Assembly (NCBI GenBank): GCA_965234725.1
Contig: CBDDUX010000007.1
Location: forward strand, 32,001 to 96,000
Length of the DNA stretch: 64,000 nucleotides
Direction: 5' to 3'
Source of the DNA: Thermoplasmatota archaeon
Lineage (GTDB): Archaea > Thermoplasmatota > Penumbrarchaeia > Penumbrarchaeales > Penumbrarchaeaceae
Below the pieces are notes generated by a model. It did no database searches. It saw only the letters and a program-made list of their open reading frames with translations, and was not told the origin of the DNA. Both the position numbers and the translations under genes were made by a program. Each line of letters starts with the position of its first letter. The first letter of the stretch is position 1. Below are positions 19,322-30,000 of this stretch, one piece after another.

Positions 19322-20116
19322 TCATTTCCTAGGCGTATAATGCCTGGCAAGCCAACAGCATAACCCGTCAAGTCCCGGAAATAGGACCCTTTCGTTGATG
19401 TTGGCCTGATCCAGTTTATCTCGAACCTCCCATTTGATCTCCTTGGGAACAATGACCTTCCTCCAGATATCCGGATATTTGGAAAGGATATCCTCCATCC
19501 TCCTGGTGGAGGATGATGTCACGGAATGCATGGAATACTGATTGATCAATCTGTAATCCATGGATGGGGGATCGAAGAACAGGACGAAATCTTCCTTAGA
19601 TATGTTATCGAATTCCTGAAGCGATGTGGCAACGTTTGCAAGCATCTCAACAGTGAATCCATTGGCACCTTCGTGATCGAGCTCTTTCTTGAAAACTTCC
19701 GGTATCCTCTCATGCATCTTCACATAATCAACCATCCAGATGGCACCATCGACATCATACAGTTCGATATCGCAGGTTGCGAAGTGCATGGCCACAAAGG
19801 GTGAAAACGTCCAGTCCAGAAGTCTTGTCGGAAGTCCGTGATGCTGGGCGATCACGAGCCAGTTCCATGTGGAGAAACCATCGCTCCTTTCCACCCTGGC
19901 ATATTTCTTGAAGTTCCTCATCAAATGGAACTCCAGGTCCTTGTATTGGCCCCCCAGCCTCATCAGTGAGGTCTCAAGGGTATTATCGGAAGATGAGGCT
20001 CCTCTGAATGCGAAACTTGACCTGAACCTGCTTAGATGATCGTCCCAGGAATCGACATAGAGCTCCTCAATGAGTTCGGTCCATGATCCGACTTCGATAC
20101 TGTTATCATCTTTCAA
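19322..20116 (-). CDS. FRG domain-containing protein
   Basis: AFRG, AQHHGLPTRLLDWTFSPFVAMHFA, RLINQYS, LFPGLDG. Confidence 0.93.
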   Translation of the reverse strand: MKDDNSIEVGSWTELIEELYVDSWDDHLSRFRSSFAFRGASSSDNTLETSLMRLGGQYKDLEFHLMRNFKKYARVERSDGFSTWNWLVIAQHHGLPTRLLDWTFSPFVAMHFATCDIELYDVDGAIWMVDYVKMHERIPEVFKKELDHEGANGFTVEMLANVATSLQEFDNISKEDFVLFFDPPSMDYRLINQYSMHSVTSSSTRRMEDILSKYPDIWRKVIVPKEIKWEVRDKLDQANINERVLFPGLDGLCCWLARHYTPRK

Positions 20117-20172
20117 AGAGCTTCCTCGATCATGAATATGACATATCCCGAATAAAACCTTTCACATCACAC

Positions 20173-22152
20173 TCAACCATCGAAATGTGACAATACCCGG
20201 GAATATATCTCCTTCTCATTACCCTTTGACCTGGCCTGAAGCTTCCGAAGAATGAGTTCCGGTGTTGACCTGGCATGTTTTCCTATTATGGGACTTCTAT
20301 CAACTATCAGTTCATGCCCCTCGTCAAGACCTCTGGCCTCTATCCCATCGACACGGCAGTCCACGAACCTCATTATCTCTGCTGCCATATGGGTAACAAC
20401 GACGGAATAGGCGTCCCTCAGCCTCAGTTCATCAACGAAGACCCCTATCACTCTAGAGGCAGCCTCTAGTTCGGTCATGGCTTCCAGCTCATCTGCCAAT
20501 ACCATCGAACCCTTGTCAACTTCCAGTACAAGTGGTAGGAGCTCTTTTAAAAAACCTTCAAGACCTCCTGCGTCAAGCCTCCTTTTAGGCCTGTAATAGA
20601 AGAGGTCTCTGATATCCGGAATAAAGGACCTTTCGGCGGGAACAGGGAGGCCCATCCTTGCCATGATCAGAACCTGGGCCATCGTCTCGAGGAGGGTCGT
20701 CTTTCCTCCGGAGTTCGCTCCTGTTAACAAAGCTGTCCTTGATCCTGATCTTTCCCTGAAAGGGAACATGGACCCGGCAAATCCAGGGACCTCGCCCAAA
20801 TGGTAATCCACCAGCTGTCTGTCATCTCTCGCCCTAATCAAAAGATGACATGCCTTGTGGATGCCAAACCATCCGTCAACGACCTTGAATGTATTGAGAT
20901 CATTGTCCTCAACGAAACATCCAAGACCGAATTTGAAATCAAGGTCAAGTGCCCAGGAGATCTCTTCTTCGATATCCTTCCGGAGGGATGCAAGTTTCTC
21001 TGCGATGTCTTGTTTCCTCTCATACCTTTCAGTTTTGACCCCTCCCTCGATCTCCGATATCATCCTTTCAAGGGTCTCTTCATCGGTTCTCAAAGGATAA
21101 CCCATCACAAACAGGTCCTTTCTCTTTCCAATCTTCTCATAGACTAGTTCCGCAGCCTTTTTGGAATGTGATCTGTAGATCTCCCTGAGAGCCGGAGGTT
21201 CCTCTGATGAAAGGATGGACAATGTGTCAGTTCCGGAAAGTGTCAATCCCTCTATGCTTTCCTTCAAAGAACCTTCCACTTCGGTCCTTATACCATCCAC
21301 AACCTCCCTGATCCTATCAGGACCCGGAGCATCTATCGTAAGACCTCTGAACTCTTCCAGAAGGGTAAGGGCTTTCGAAGCTGAACCTTTCTTTCCGAAC
21401 ATCTGCTCCAATCTGGAAAGGGATATCAGCTGTTGCTCCCTTCCACCGAATACTTCAAGTATGGTCTCCGGAACGATCCTTTCAGGCGCGGACTTGTAAT
21501 GGACTGCTCCGACCAGTGGTAAATGTGTCTCATCCAGCTCCCTCCCTGAATAGACCAGTACCATATCTCCTTCAATCCCTGGTTCCAATTCCTCAGGTGA
21601 GACAACCATACATCTACGATCCAATCTGAGTTCGGATATCCTGGCATAAGCTGTCTCGTCCTCCACAAGCAGGATATAGTTCAGTTTGCTGCCTGTTCTT
21701 ATACCTTTTAAAGATCTCCCGATGTTCCGAAGGTGATCGGTCACTTCAGCTCTATCCTTCCCGCTGACGAGGACCTTGAACTTGAAGACCTCTTCCGCTT
21801 CCTGCTCTCTTTTCTTAATATCACCACAAGGGATCAGAAGCGACACCTTATTCCTCCCGGAGGAGGTGTTCATGTAGTCCCTCAGTTCTTCAATGATCGA
21901 TTGATATACCGACCATGAACCCTCGGTCCTCAGCAAGTTGGATGGGTCCTCGCCCCTGAAGGCAAGGATAAGGTCCACTGCTGTCCTTTCAGAAATACGG
22001 TCAAAAGACGATAAAGCGGCCACATCTCCCTTGGAGAGAAGTTCCTCGAGCTTGCCTCTGCCCCCCACAGAGTCTGTTAGAAGCTTTACCCTTCCCTCAC
22101 CGAAACCCTTGACTTGTAGCAGCCTATCGATCCCACCCGTTACCGGGTCCAC
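20173..22152 (-). CDS. Archaeal MutS2-like ATPase with N-terminal helix-hairpin-helix
   Basis: VKGFGEGR HhH; LLTGANSGGKTTLLE, MGLPVPA, DAGGLE, LADELEAMTELEAA, VVTH; no mismatch-binding or Smr domain. Confidence 0.88.
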   Translation of the reverse strand: MDPVTGGIDRLLQVKGFGEGRVKLLTDSVGGRGKLEELLSKGDVAALSSFDRISERTAVDLILAFRGEDPSNLLRTEGSWSVYQSIIEELRDYMNTSSGRNKVSLLIPCGDIKKREQEAEEVFKFKVLVSGKDRAEVTDHLRNIGRSLKGIRTGSKLNYILLVEDETAYARISELRLDRRCMVVSPEELEPGIEGDMVLVYSGRELDETHLPLVGAVHYKSAPERIVPETILEVFGGREQQLISLSRLEQMFGKKGSASKALTLLEEFRGLTIDAPGPDRIREVVDGIRTEVEGSLKESIEGLTLSGTDTLSILSSEEPPALREIYRSHSKKAAELVYEKIGKRKDLFVMGYPLRTDEETLERMISEIEGGVKTERYERKQDIAEKLASLRKDIEEEISWALDLDFKFGLGCFVEDNDLNTFKVVDGWFGIHKACHLLIRARDDRQLVDYHLGEVPGFAGSMFPFRERSGSRTALLTGANSGGKTTLLETMAQVLIMARMGLPVPAERSFIPDIRDLFYYRPKRRLDAGGLEGFLKELLPLVLEVDKGSMVLADELEAMTELEAASRVIGVFVDELRLRDAYSVVVTHMAAEIMRFVDCRVDGIEARGLDEGHELIVDRSPIIGKHARSTPELILRKLQARSKGNEKEIYSRVLSHFDG

Positions 22153-22748
22153 TCCCCCACCTCCGATTCCATCACCCTTTTACCCTCGTTCCGGGGCCAT
22201 TTAAGAAGGGTAACGGACCTCCTCCCGTCCTCATTCCTCTCGATCTCCATCAAACCATCGGATGTGTAATCCGCGATGTCCGGAAATCTTGTCCCACCCA
22301 GGACCATGGTGGCCATGCCCATATACCTGGCTTTGGAAAGGATATCCTCGAGTCCCTTGAACCATTTGTCGGCACCTCTCATTCCCAGGACCTCGGGTCT
22401 GTCGAGTACCATCCTTCCGACAGCTCCTTCCTCGATCGTTCCCAGGATCATATCAAGGGATCCAAGTTCGGTAGTGTTGAGGAATAGAGGTTCGTCGGTT
22501 ATGAAAAGGGATCTGTAGTTCTCCCTGTCCTTGAGCCTGATCAGATGATTTGTCAATGGAACTGATGTGAAAGACACATACAATCCTGGTTGTCCCAGTT
22601 CAAAACCCCGGGAAATGAACCTCAGAGTTAGATCTGTTTTATCAGAGATCGGGGCCCCCATAATGGCCAGGACCATACCGGAAGGTATACCTCCACCTAA
22701 AAGACCGTCTATAGGACGGATACCCAGATCGAAAACCTCTTCGACCAT
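22140..22748 (-). CDS. KaiC/RAD55-like RecA-fold protein with degenerate Walker motifs
   Basis: LGIRPIDGLLGGGIP, GAPISDKT (canonical GxxGxGKT), GLYVSF, RMVLD; ATG 22748 chosen. Confidence 0.8.
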   Translation of the reverse strand: MVEEVFDLGIRPIDGLLGGGIPSGMVLAIMGAPISDKTDLTLRFISRGFELGQPGLYVSFTSVPLTNHLIRLKDRENYRSLFITDEPLFLNTTELGSLDMILGTIEEGAVGRMVLDRPEVLGMRGADKWFKGLEDILSKARYMGMATMVLGGTRFPDIADYTSDGLMEIERNEDGRRSVTLLKWPRNEGKRVMESEVGEWTR

Positions 22749-22867
22749 TTGCCTTCCCCTGTATATCCAAGGGGTCGAAGTGTTTCCACCTAGAAAAAGG
22801 TTTACCGAAGGGTAAGTGAAATAATCAACAATATGCAATATCAAACATTAATTATCATCAAAGGACC

Positions 22868-23146
22868 TCATCCTGAAAGACCCTCTTCCTTCAACCTCTC
22901 AAGGATCCTCCGCTCCCTCTCCACTGCCTCCTTTGCATCCCTTTCGAGATTGCCCTCCATCATATCCTTGATCCTCTGCTGTTTCTGGAGCCATTGCTCC
23001 ATGGAGGAACGGATGACTTCCGAAGGATTGTAATGATTCTCTTTACAGAATTGGAAGAAATCCGTTGCAACGTCTTCGAAATTCTGTGTGACCGCGATAT
23101 GTATCTGGTCTCCGGACTTGTATATCTTTGTGGCTCTGCGTCCCAA
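22868..23146 (-). CDS. Small RHH-like DNA-binding protein (paralog of 35920-36261)
   Basis: YKSGDQIHIAVTQNF...FFQFCKENHYNPSEVIRSSMEQWL strand-helix-helix pattern. Confidence 0.65.
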   Translation of the reverse strand: MGRRATKIYKSGDQIHIAVTQNFEDVATDFFQFCKENHYNPSEVIRSSMEQWLQKQQRIKDMMEGNLERDAKEAVERERRILERLKEEGLSG

Positions 23147-23311
23147 GGGATGCCTCCATGCCCTTTCCGGGTCTGATTTTCTATTCTATGGATGTCTATA
23201 TATGGATTTTGTTCCAAGTTGTTTTCCATGATAATTGAAAATTATCGATTTTGCAGATATTTTTCGGAAACGGATAATAATAATATCAGATGAAACATAC
23301 ATCTGGAACGT

Positions 23312-24778
23312 ATGGAAAACGAGGCAAAGGAGAAGGTAAAAAGAAAGAGGGTAATGAAGAAAGAACAGAGCCCTCACTCCTGGAAGAGGAGGTTCGTTTT
23401 CGAAGTTGGAGCTCCGAGAGAAATCGTGGATCGGATATCTAGTGATTACATTGACCATCTCAGCACTGTTTTCACAGAGAGAGAAGCGGTCAGCTATTGG
23501 AGGAAGGAACTATCACTAAAAGGGTTCAAGGACCTGTCGCGGTCCCGGAAGCTAAAACCAGGTGAAGGTTTCTTCCTCGTCAATAGGGACAAGGGAATCG
23601 TTGCTGGGATCGCAGGGAGAAAAGGACTGACCGAGGGAGCCAATATCATTGTTTCACATCTAGACTCTCCACGACTGGACCTGAAACCGAGGCCTCTTTC
23701 CGGTGACGGTGATACAGGTCTCGGATTCCTCAGGACCCACTATTACGGAGGCATAAAGAAGTACCAGTGGGTGAACATACCTCTGGCCTTGAAAGGGAGG
23801 ATCGTCAGGCAGGATGGAACATTCGTGGATCTGGATATCGGAACCTTACGAAATGACCCGGTCTTGATCGTTCCCGATCTTGAACCACATCTTTCAAAAA
23901 AGGCCCAAAGCTTCAGAAAGCTCGCCAATGGCATATCAGGAGAGGAACTGATAGCTCTTGCTGCATCCTCCTCCAGAAACGAGGAGGATGAGGAACCACA
24001 CCCCGCTGTCAATAAGATGCTGGACCATATTATGAGGGAATACAATGTCACCGAAGAGGACCTGGTGTCAAGCGATCTCTGCCTGGTACCGGCATGGGGA
24101 CCTAGAGATCTGGGACTTGATAGGGGTCTAATTGCATCATATGGCCACGACAACCGGGTCTCATCATTCACTTCTAACACATCCCTGATAGAGATCAAGA
24201 CCTCGAAGAAGATCCCAGAAAGATGGTGCATATCCTACAGTTTCGACAAGGAAGAGATCGGTTCGGATGGACCAACAGGAGCAAAGTCCGCCTTTGTTGA
24301 ACTTTCCCTCTACCGAATGCTAGAGCTGGCAGGATTTAAGGGAAATGGAAGAGAACTAAGATCGACGATGTCGGGGTCGTTTGTGCTCTCCGCCGATGTC
24401 AAATCAGGGGTCAACCCCACGTATCGTTCCGTCCAGGACCACCACAACTCGGCCAGGTTGGGAGCAGGGCTCACCATCACTAAATATACCGGAAAAGGAG
24501 GCAAGGGCGGTGCCAATGATGCTTCGGCGGAAATGGTATCGGCGATCAAGAGATTGTTCAATAAGAATGATATCATCTGGCAGATGCAGGAATCCGGCAG
24601 GGTTGACGAGGGTGGCGGTGGTACAGTTGCCAAGTTCATGGCAGAGAGGAACATGGATGTCCTTGATATCGGAATACCCCTTCTATCAATGCATTCCCCG
24701 CTCGAGGTTTGCTCTAAGGCCGATATCTACATGGCGGTCAAAGGATTCACTGCGTTTTACAAAGACCACCCGATCTAA
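23312..24778 (+). CDS. M18 family aminopeptidase
   Basis: SHLDSPRLDLKP, HYYGGIKKYQW, GHDNR, DKEEIGS, SADV, SMHSP. Confidence 0.93.
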   Translation: MENEAKEKVKRKRVMKKEQSPHSWKRRFVFEVGAPREIVDRISSDYIDHLSTVFTEREAVSYWRKELSLKGFKDLSRSRKLKPGEGFFLVNRDKGIVAGIAGRKGLTEGANIIVSHLDSPRLDLKPRPLSGDGDTGLGFLRTHYYGGIKKYQWVNIPLALKGRIVRQDGTFVDLDIGTLRNDPVLIVPDLEPHLSKKAQSFRKLANGISGEELIALAASSSRNEEDEEPHPAVNKMLDHIMREYNVTEEDLVSSDLCLVPAWGPRDLGLDRGLIASYGHDNRVSSFTSNTSLIEIKTSKKIPERWCISYSFDKEEIGSDGPTGAKSAFVELSLYRMLELAGFKGNGRELRSTMSGSFVLSADVKSGVNPTYRSVQDHHNSARLGAGLTITKYTGKGGKGGANDASAEMVSAIKRLFNKNDIIWQMQESGRVDEGGGGTVAKFMAERNMDVLDIGIPLLSMHSPLEVCSKADIYMAVKGFTAFYKDHPI

Positions 24779-24783
24779 TGGTC

Positions 24784-25959
24784 CTATTTCACCTTGTGGA
24801 CCTTCTTAGCGATTATCGGTTTGGGTGTTGATGCTGTCCCATCAGTTTCCTCTGGATCTTGGACCTCATCCTCGTTGAGATCGGACAGAGTATCACTCAA
24901 CATACTCAAAAGGTCATTATCACCATCGATAGCTTCCTCTGAGGGGTCTACAGGTGATGCTGGTTCCGGAACCGAGTTCTCTTCAATGATCTCTCCAGAC
25001 CCCGGATCGTCCTCAACGGGAAGTGCAGGAGAGGGAGGTGTTATGGGTTCCTCCTCACCCCTGGAATATGATCTCTGTTGGGGCATGTCGATCCCGGTAT
25101 CCGATGTTTGATATTGCACCATGAGCTTCTTGTATATCTCTTCCTTGATCAGACCTTTTCGATAGAGGTTCTCGAAATATTCCTTGGACTTTGCACCTAC
25201 CTCACGGTTGATAGGGGATCTATAATATGTTTGAGGAGGAGGATTGTTTTGAAAAACCGGTTTCTTTATTGGGCTCTGAGGAAGGACAGTTGGCTGTGAG
25301 GGTTCCACAGGAGATGGGTCTGACTTTTTGAGAGGTTCCTGACCCTTCTTAACGGAATTATAGAGCTTTTTCTCGCCCTCCATATACATCCAATCGGTCT
25401 TACGGAAGAAATCCTTCAGATTGTTGACCAATTGATCAAGGTTATCCACCCTCTTGTTCATCAACCTCATGAGAAGGTCGGAATCCGATGTGAGAACGGT
25501 GGAAAGATGATATTGGTTACCTGAAGAAAGTATGAAGACATTGACCATTACTCCTACCGAGACGGCTCCTTCCTTCTTCTCGGAACCCATGATCTCTATA
25601 TTGGGGATCTCAAAATACTCCCTGATAGCTGCACCTGGTGACATGTCACCCAATTCGAAACTTGATTCCATGGGAGCGCCCATCGCCCGGGCTTCATCGT
25701 TGTTCCCGATTGCGAACATTCTCTCAGGGATATTGATGAATATCAACCTCTCGTTGGTGAGATATAGATTTCCTTTCGAGGGTTCCAGAAGATAATCCCC
25801 GCCGTAGTATCTCCAGGTCGATTTGAACGAAGGGACCACATTCTCCTCGGTGACCAATGTCTTCTCCCCGGGATGCAGTATTAATTCTCCCTTCTCGTCA
25901 TATATCTCCCGGAATCCATCCTTATCGCCGTACCGCATGGAGTTCAATATCCCCTTCAC
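24784..25959 (-). CDS. Hypothetical protein with PH/GRAM-like N-terminal domain and acidic Pro-rich tail
   Basis: LHPGE...KGNLYLTNERLIFI; short helical LYRKGLIKEEIYKKL; disordered C-terminus. Confidence 0.65.
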   Translation of the reverse strand: MKGILNSMRYGDKDGFREIYDEKGELILHPGEKTLVTEENVVPSFKSTWRYYGGDYLLEPSKGNLYLTNERLIFINIPERMFAIGNNDEARAMGAPMESSFELGDMSPGAAIREYFEIPNIEIMGSEKKEGAVSVGVMVNVFILSSGNQYHLSTVLTSDSDLLMRLMNKRVDNLDQLVNNLKDFFRKTDWMYMEGEKKLYNSVKKGQEPLKKSDPSPVEPSQPTVLPQSPIKKPVFQNNPPPQTYYRSPINREVGAKSKEYFENLYRKGLIKEEIYKKLMVQYQTSDTGIDMPQQRSYSRGEEEPITPPSPALPVEDDPGSGEIIEENSVPEPASPVDPSEEAIDGDNDLLSMLSDTLSDLNEDEVQDPEETDGTASTPKPIIAKKVHKVK

Positions 25960-26032
25960 AATGCTAGAGTATCTGTCAAATCCCAGGTTGATTATTTAAT
26001 ATTTTGTATGAAAGGTTCAATCTGAAAAAACA

Positions 26033-26974
26033 TCATTGAGGAGATGAAGCACCAACTTCTGTTCCCAATGTCGATATCCTGACAATGTAACTTTTTCCCC
26101 CTCTGGCAGATATTGCCTCCGCAACCTTCTCGGGATCATCGGTCAGGGCGATCATCGATCCGCCACCCCCTGCCCCTGTCAGCTTGGCACCATAGGAATA
26201 GGGAAGGGATGCATCCACCAGGGTCTGGAGTTCCTTTGAACTCACTCCAAGGATCGAGAGTAAAGAATGATTCTTGTTCATCAATGCACCGATACTCACC
26301 AGATCGTTCCGCTTCAGAGCCGGAAGGGCATCAGAAACCAGCGAACCGATCTCTTTCACGGTCTCCTTGGCGAATCCTGATCTGTCGAAAAAGGACCTCA
26401 CCTTCGCCACCTGGATATGTGTTACGGAAGGTTTACCTGTGAATCCTACAACCAGGGTCATATCCGGGACGGGTAGATCATGAATGTGCCATGTCCTCTC
26501 ACCCTTCGATATTGACCAAAGATGGTCCTCTCCCTTCTCGAAGTTCACAAGGATACCACCGCCGTGTGATGAACAGGAGGTATCAGTGGGAGAAGCTCCT
26601 CCTTGAACGTTGTATTCTATCTCGAACGCGTCCTTTGCGATCTGACCTGGGGTCGTCTCCATTCCTCTCAAATTTCTCAGAGCACAAGCGACCGAGCAGG
26701 ACAAGGCCGCGGAGGAACCCAATCCGGAAGCCCCCGGAATTGCCGATCTTATTCTGAAATCAAGGGGTTGGCCTTCCCAGAGGTTGTTCATGGCCCACCG
26801 GATGTACCGGTGTCTCCTCATTGTCAATCTTCCGCCATCCACCTTGCTTTCGCTGGACCCTTCGACCTTCACGGTTATCCTTCTATCAAGGGCGACGGCC
26901 ACAGCCGGTTCACCGTAGACAACGGCATGCTCACCGAAGAGGATAGCCTTTGCAGGTGAGGATGCCACGATCAT
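26033..26974 (-). CDS. mvk: Mevalonate kinase
   Basis: PAKAILFGEHAVVYG, PGASGLGSSAA, SPTD, KLTGAGGGG GHMP motifs. Confidence 0.93.
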   Translation of the reverse strand: MIVASSPAKAILFGEHAVVYGEPAVAVALDRRITVKVEGSSESKVDGGRLTMRRHRYIRWAMNNLWEGQPLDFRIRSAIPGASGLGSSAALSCSVACALRNLRGMETTPGQIAKDAFEIEYNVQGGASPTDTSCSSHGGGILVNFEKGEDHLWSISKGERTWHIHDLPVPDMTLVVGFTGKPSVTHIQVAKVRSFFDRSGFAKETVKEIGSLVSDALPALKRNDLVSIGALMNKNHSLLSILGVSSKELQTLVDASLPYSYGAKLTGAGGGGSMIALTDDPEKVAEAISARGGKSYIVRISTLGTEVGASSPQ

Positions 26975-27056
26975 GCTCCTCCAAAAGGCCAGGAGTTAAA
27001 TATTGTTTGGGTTGGGCCAAAATCGTTCTATACCGTGATATGCTTTTATTGGTCTG

Positions 27057-30000
27057 TTGAACGATCAAAAAAGAATAACATGGAATGACGGACGGTCCGG
27101 ACCGATCGAGAAGTGCGGTATTGGTAGTTCAAGAGCCTCATCTCTTGAATTCAGGTCCTCAAGACATATCGATAAGGACCTAACCCTGCCCCGACCACCA
27201 TCAAAGATCCATGGCAGGACCGGACCGAAGATACCTTCACTCTTAGCAGTAATGATCCTGGTCCTCATAGCATTGATCAGACCAGGTATCGGCCAGGAAG
27301 GAGTTTCCAGGGGTTCGGTCAGTGCTGACTACGGGATCTTTTCTTCCATAGAGGAACTGTATGGGGAACAGTTGACCAGGGAGGATGATCCCCGTGTCCT
27401 GAATGCTGCAAGATCAGCTCTGGATTCTATCAGATATGAAGAAAGGACCTTTGAAGATGTGGGCACTGACATGCTGACAGAGGAAGAGCTTGAGATCCCG
27501 GAACCTATAACGCAGAGCCCGGTTGTCTTCGATGCTCTGAAACAGAATCCCATTGTAAACAACACAAACATCTTAGACTGGATACTTCCCCCGCCTACCA
27601 GCGAACAGGGGGCCTTGAACTATTTACTGTTCTTCAAGAATGGGGACAGGACCGTTTGGAAATTGGGATCGATAGTACCAAAACTGGGTATTTTCACAGA
27701 TTCCGGGTTGGATAAATGGCTATATATCGATGTGGATGGGGACACGGCCACAGGTGATCTTCAGGGGAACGATATCAGGGCCAGGATGACCTTTGCAAAG
27801 GAACTGCTTGCGAGGGATTGGGATGTTTCCCTCTTTCCCCCTTCCCTTAAATTCAACAATGCTGGGATCAGAATGGAGATTCAGGAGATCGACCCTTCCA
27901 GCAGTGGTACAGACCAAGGTGGTTCCCTCTATTTTATCAAGGGGATCTCCTACAGCGAGAAGAACTATATCTGGTCAGTAGGCGTTGGGCTGGACGAATT
28001 CAAGGGCGACCTTTCAATTAGGGTATCAGCAAGGGAATGGAGGGCTGAACCGAATCTACAACTGATCCGGCAACTTCTTCAGGGAGGGATTCTCAACCTC
28101 GGAGATCTGAATTTCCTTGAGATAGTGGGACCTTTTACTCTCTCCTATGAGTTCGAATCACCTCCACAAGAGATGAACATCTACATCTCAGTAATGAGGC
28201 TAGCTCAGAGGAGTCTTCAAGATATGGCCTATATTAAACTGGACCTATTGGCCGATGATCTACATGATACCATAATCGGTTCGGGATCACTGGTCCTAGG
28301 TGTAAACAATATGGGATCACCTATCGACTCGCTGGAGTGGAAAGCTGGAGATGAGGGTCTTCCCTCGGATTCGATCACCATGGGTATAAGATATGTGGAA
28401 TTCTCAGATGACCTGGTAGATGCCAATATCAGGATCCCATCCATGCCTGGATCCCTTCTAATGGACCTGGAATATTCAACCGACCCATCAGGGAGAAATA
28501 CCACCATTTTGGACCTTTCCGTACCTCAAGGTCTTCCAGAGCTTGAATTCCTTGAGGTCATATATCCCTCATGGGATAATGTTTTAGACCTTGAGGATTG
28601 GAATGCCACCAAACTCAACCTGTATGGTATCCCTGAAAGGATCCATCTTGAGACCACAGCTGCTGTCCCTTTCGATGTAGATAGCACAACGACCCCGAGC
28701 CTTAACATTCTTGATACATTCATGAGTCAGATCGCAGGAAGATTCTACAGGCTTGGAGAGATCCTCAGAGAGATCCCACGGGCAATTTCAGAGATGCCTT
28801 CCCGGAAGGGATCCACACTCCTGGACTGTAAAGGTGGACATATCACCGGACTCAATTATATCTCAACATCAGGAACTTATTATAATGGGACCGGGGACCT
28901 CGTCACATTCTCCGGATCCGAAGGCGAAATGCCATCGATATTCGCCTCACTACATGGAGTGGAATATTACAAGGGAAGTTTCTTTGAATCCGGTAACGAT
29001 ATCACTCTAAGACTCCACAACACTCCGAACATCAAGATCTACGCCCTATCCGGACCCCAGGAGGCTCTACTTGAGATCAGAGGGATGCCCGAACAGATAC
29101 ATCTCAGTACCTCCCAGGATATGATATCCTATGAGGGAACCAGTGGAGGGAATCCCGAAAGGATCGATTCCATAGGTTATAGGTACCGAGATGGTGATCT
29201 AAGGTTCGATGTTAACGTCCAGGACATACCGTCCTCTTTATCCATGATCAGAAGCGAGAACCAGATCGAGGTCGTATCAGGTGCAGGGGCCATCGGTTCA
29301 CTGGAGCTGTTCACATCCAATTCATCGATCTCGGGTCCGATCGATATACCGGAACGGAATTTCGCATCGGTCCTTGTTGAGAAGGACGGAGCTTCCGTGG
29401 GTCTAAGATTGAACAGGTTCAGGTCCTTTGTATACAACAATGGGACAGACGGGTTCATCGAACTTGGAACATTGACAGAAGCGAATTTCTATGGAGTGGT
29501 AAGGGATAATGTCGCATCCCTAGACATAGTGGCAGCCTTTGTTCCGCTACCATCCTTCACCCATCTTGACATGCCCTCCATAGTAGATACGCCTGAGATA
29601 TCCATACCGGACATCGCAGGAGTTAGTGCTATCACGGATTACGGAGGCATGTTGTTCTCTCTCGAATCCCTTGGTCGTGCCCCGATAACAGTGGCTTCCT
29701 CAATATCACAGGGATTGATAGGGGCTATAGGCAGGTATTCTACAGACCTTTCCCTATCATGGGACCTGGCCGAAGAGGGGTCCACATTGGACCTGATAAT
29801 CACATTGAAGAAGAAAGGATTACAGGATGTTCCGGAAGCCAAGTGGACACACGGGATATGGATGGAACAAAAGGGGGAGGGGGAAAACAGTTCCGTGAAC
29901 GGAAAGATCTTCCTCAAGGGAATGCCCACAAAAGGGGAGATCGATATATCTTTCTCGGACCAATTGATCAAGGCTGGTATAGATTTCGGGAATTACTCAC

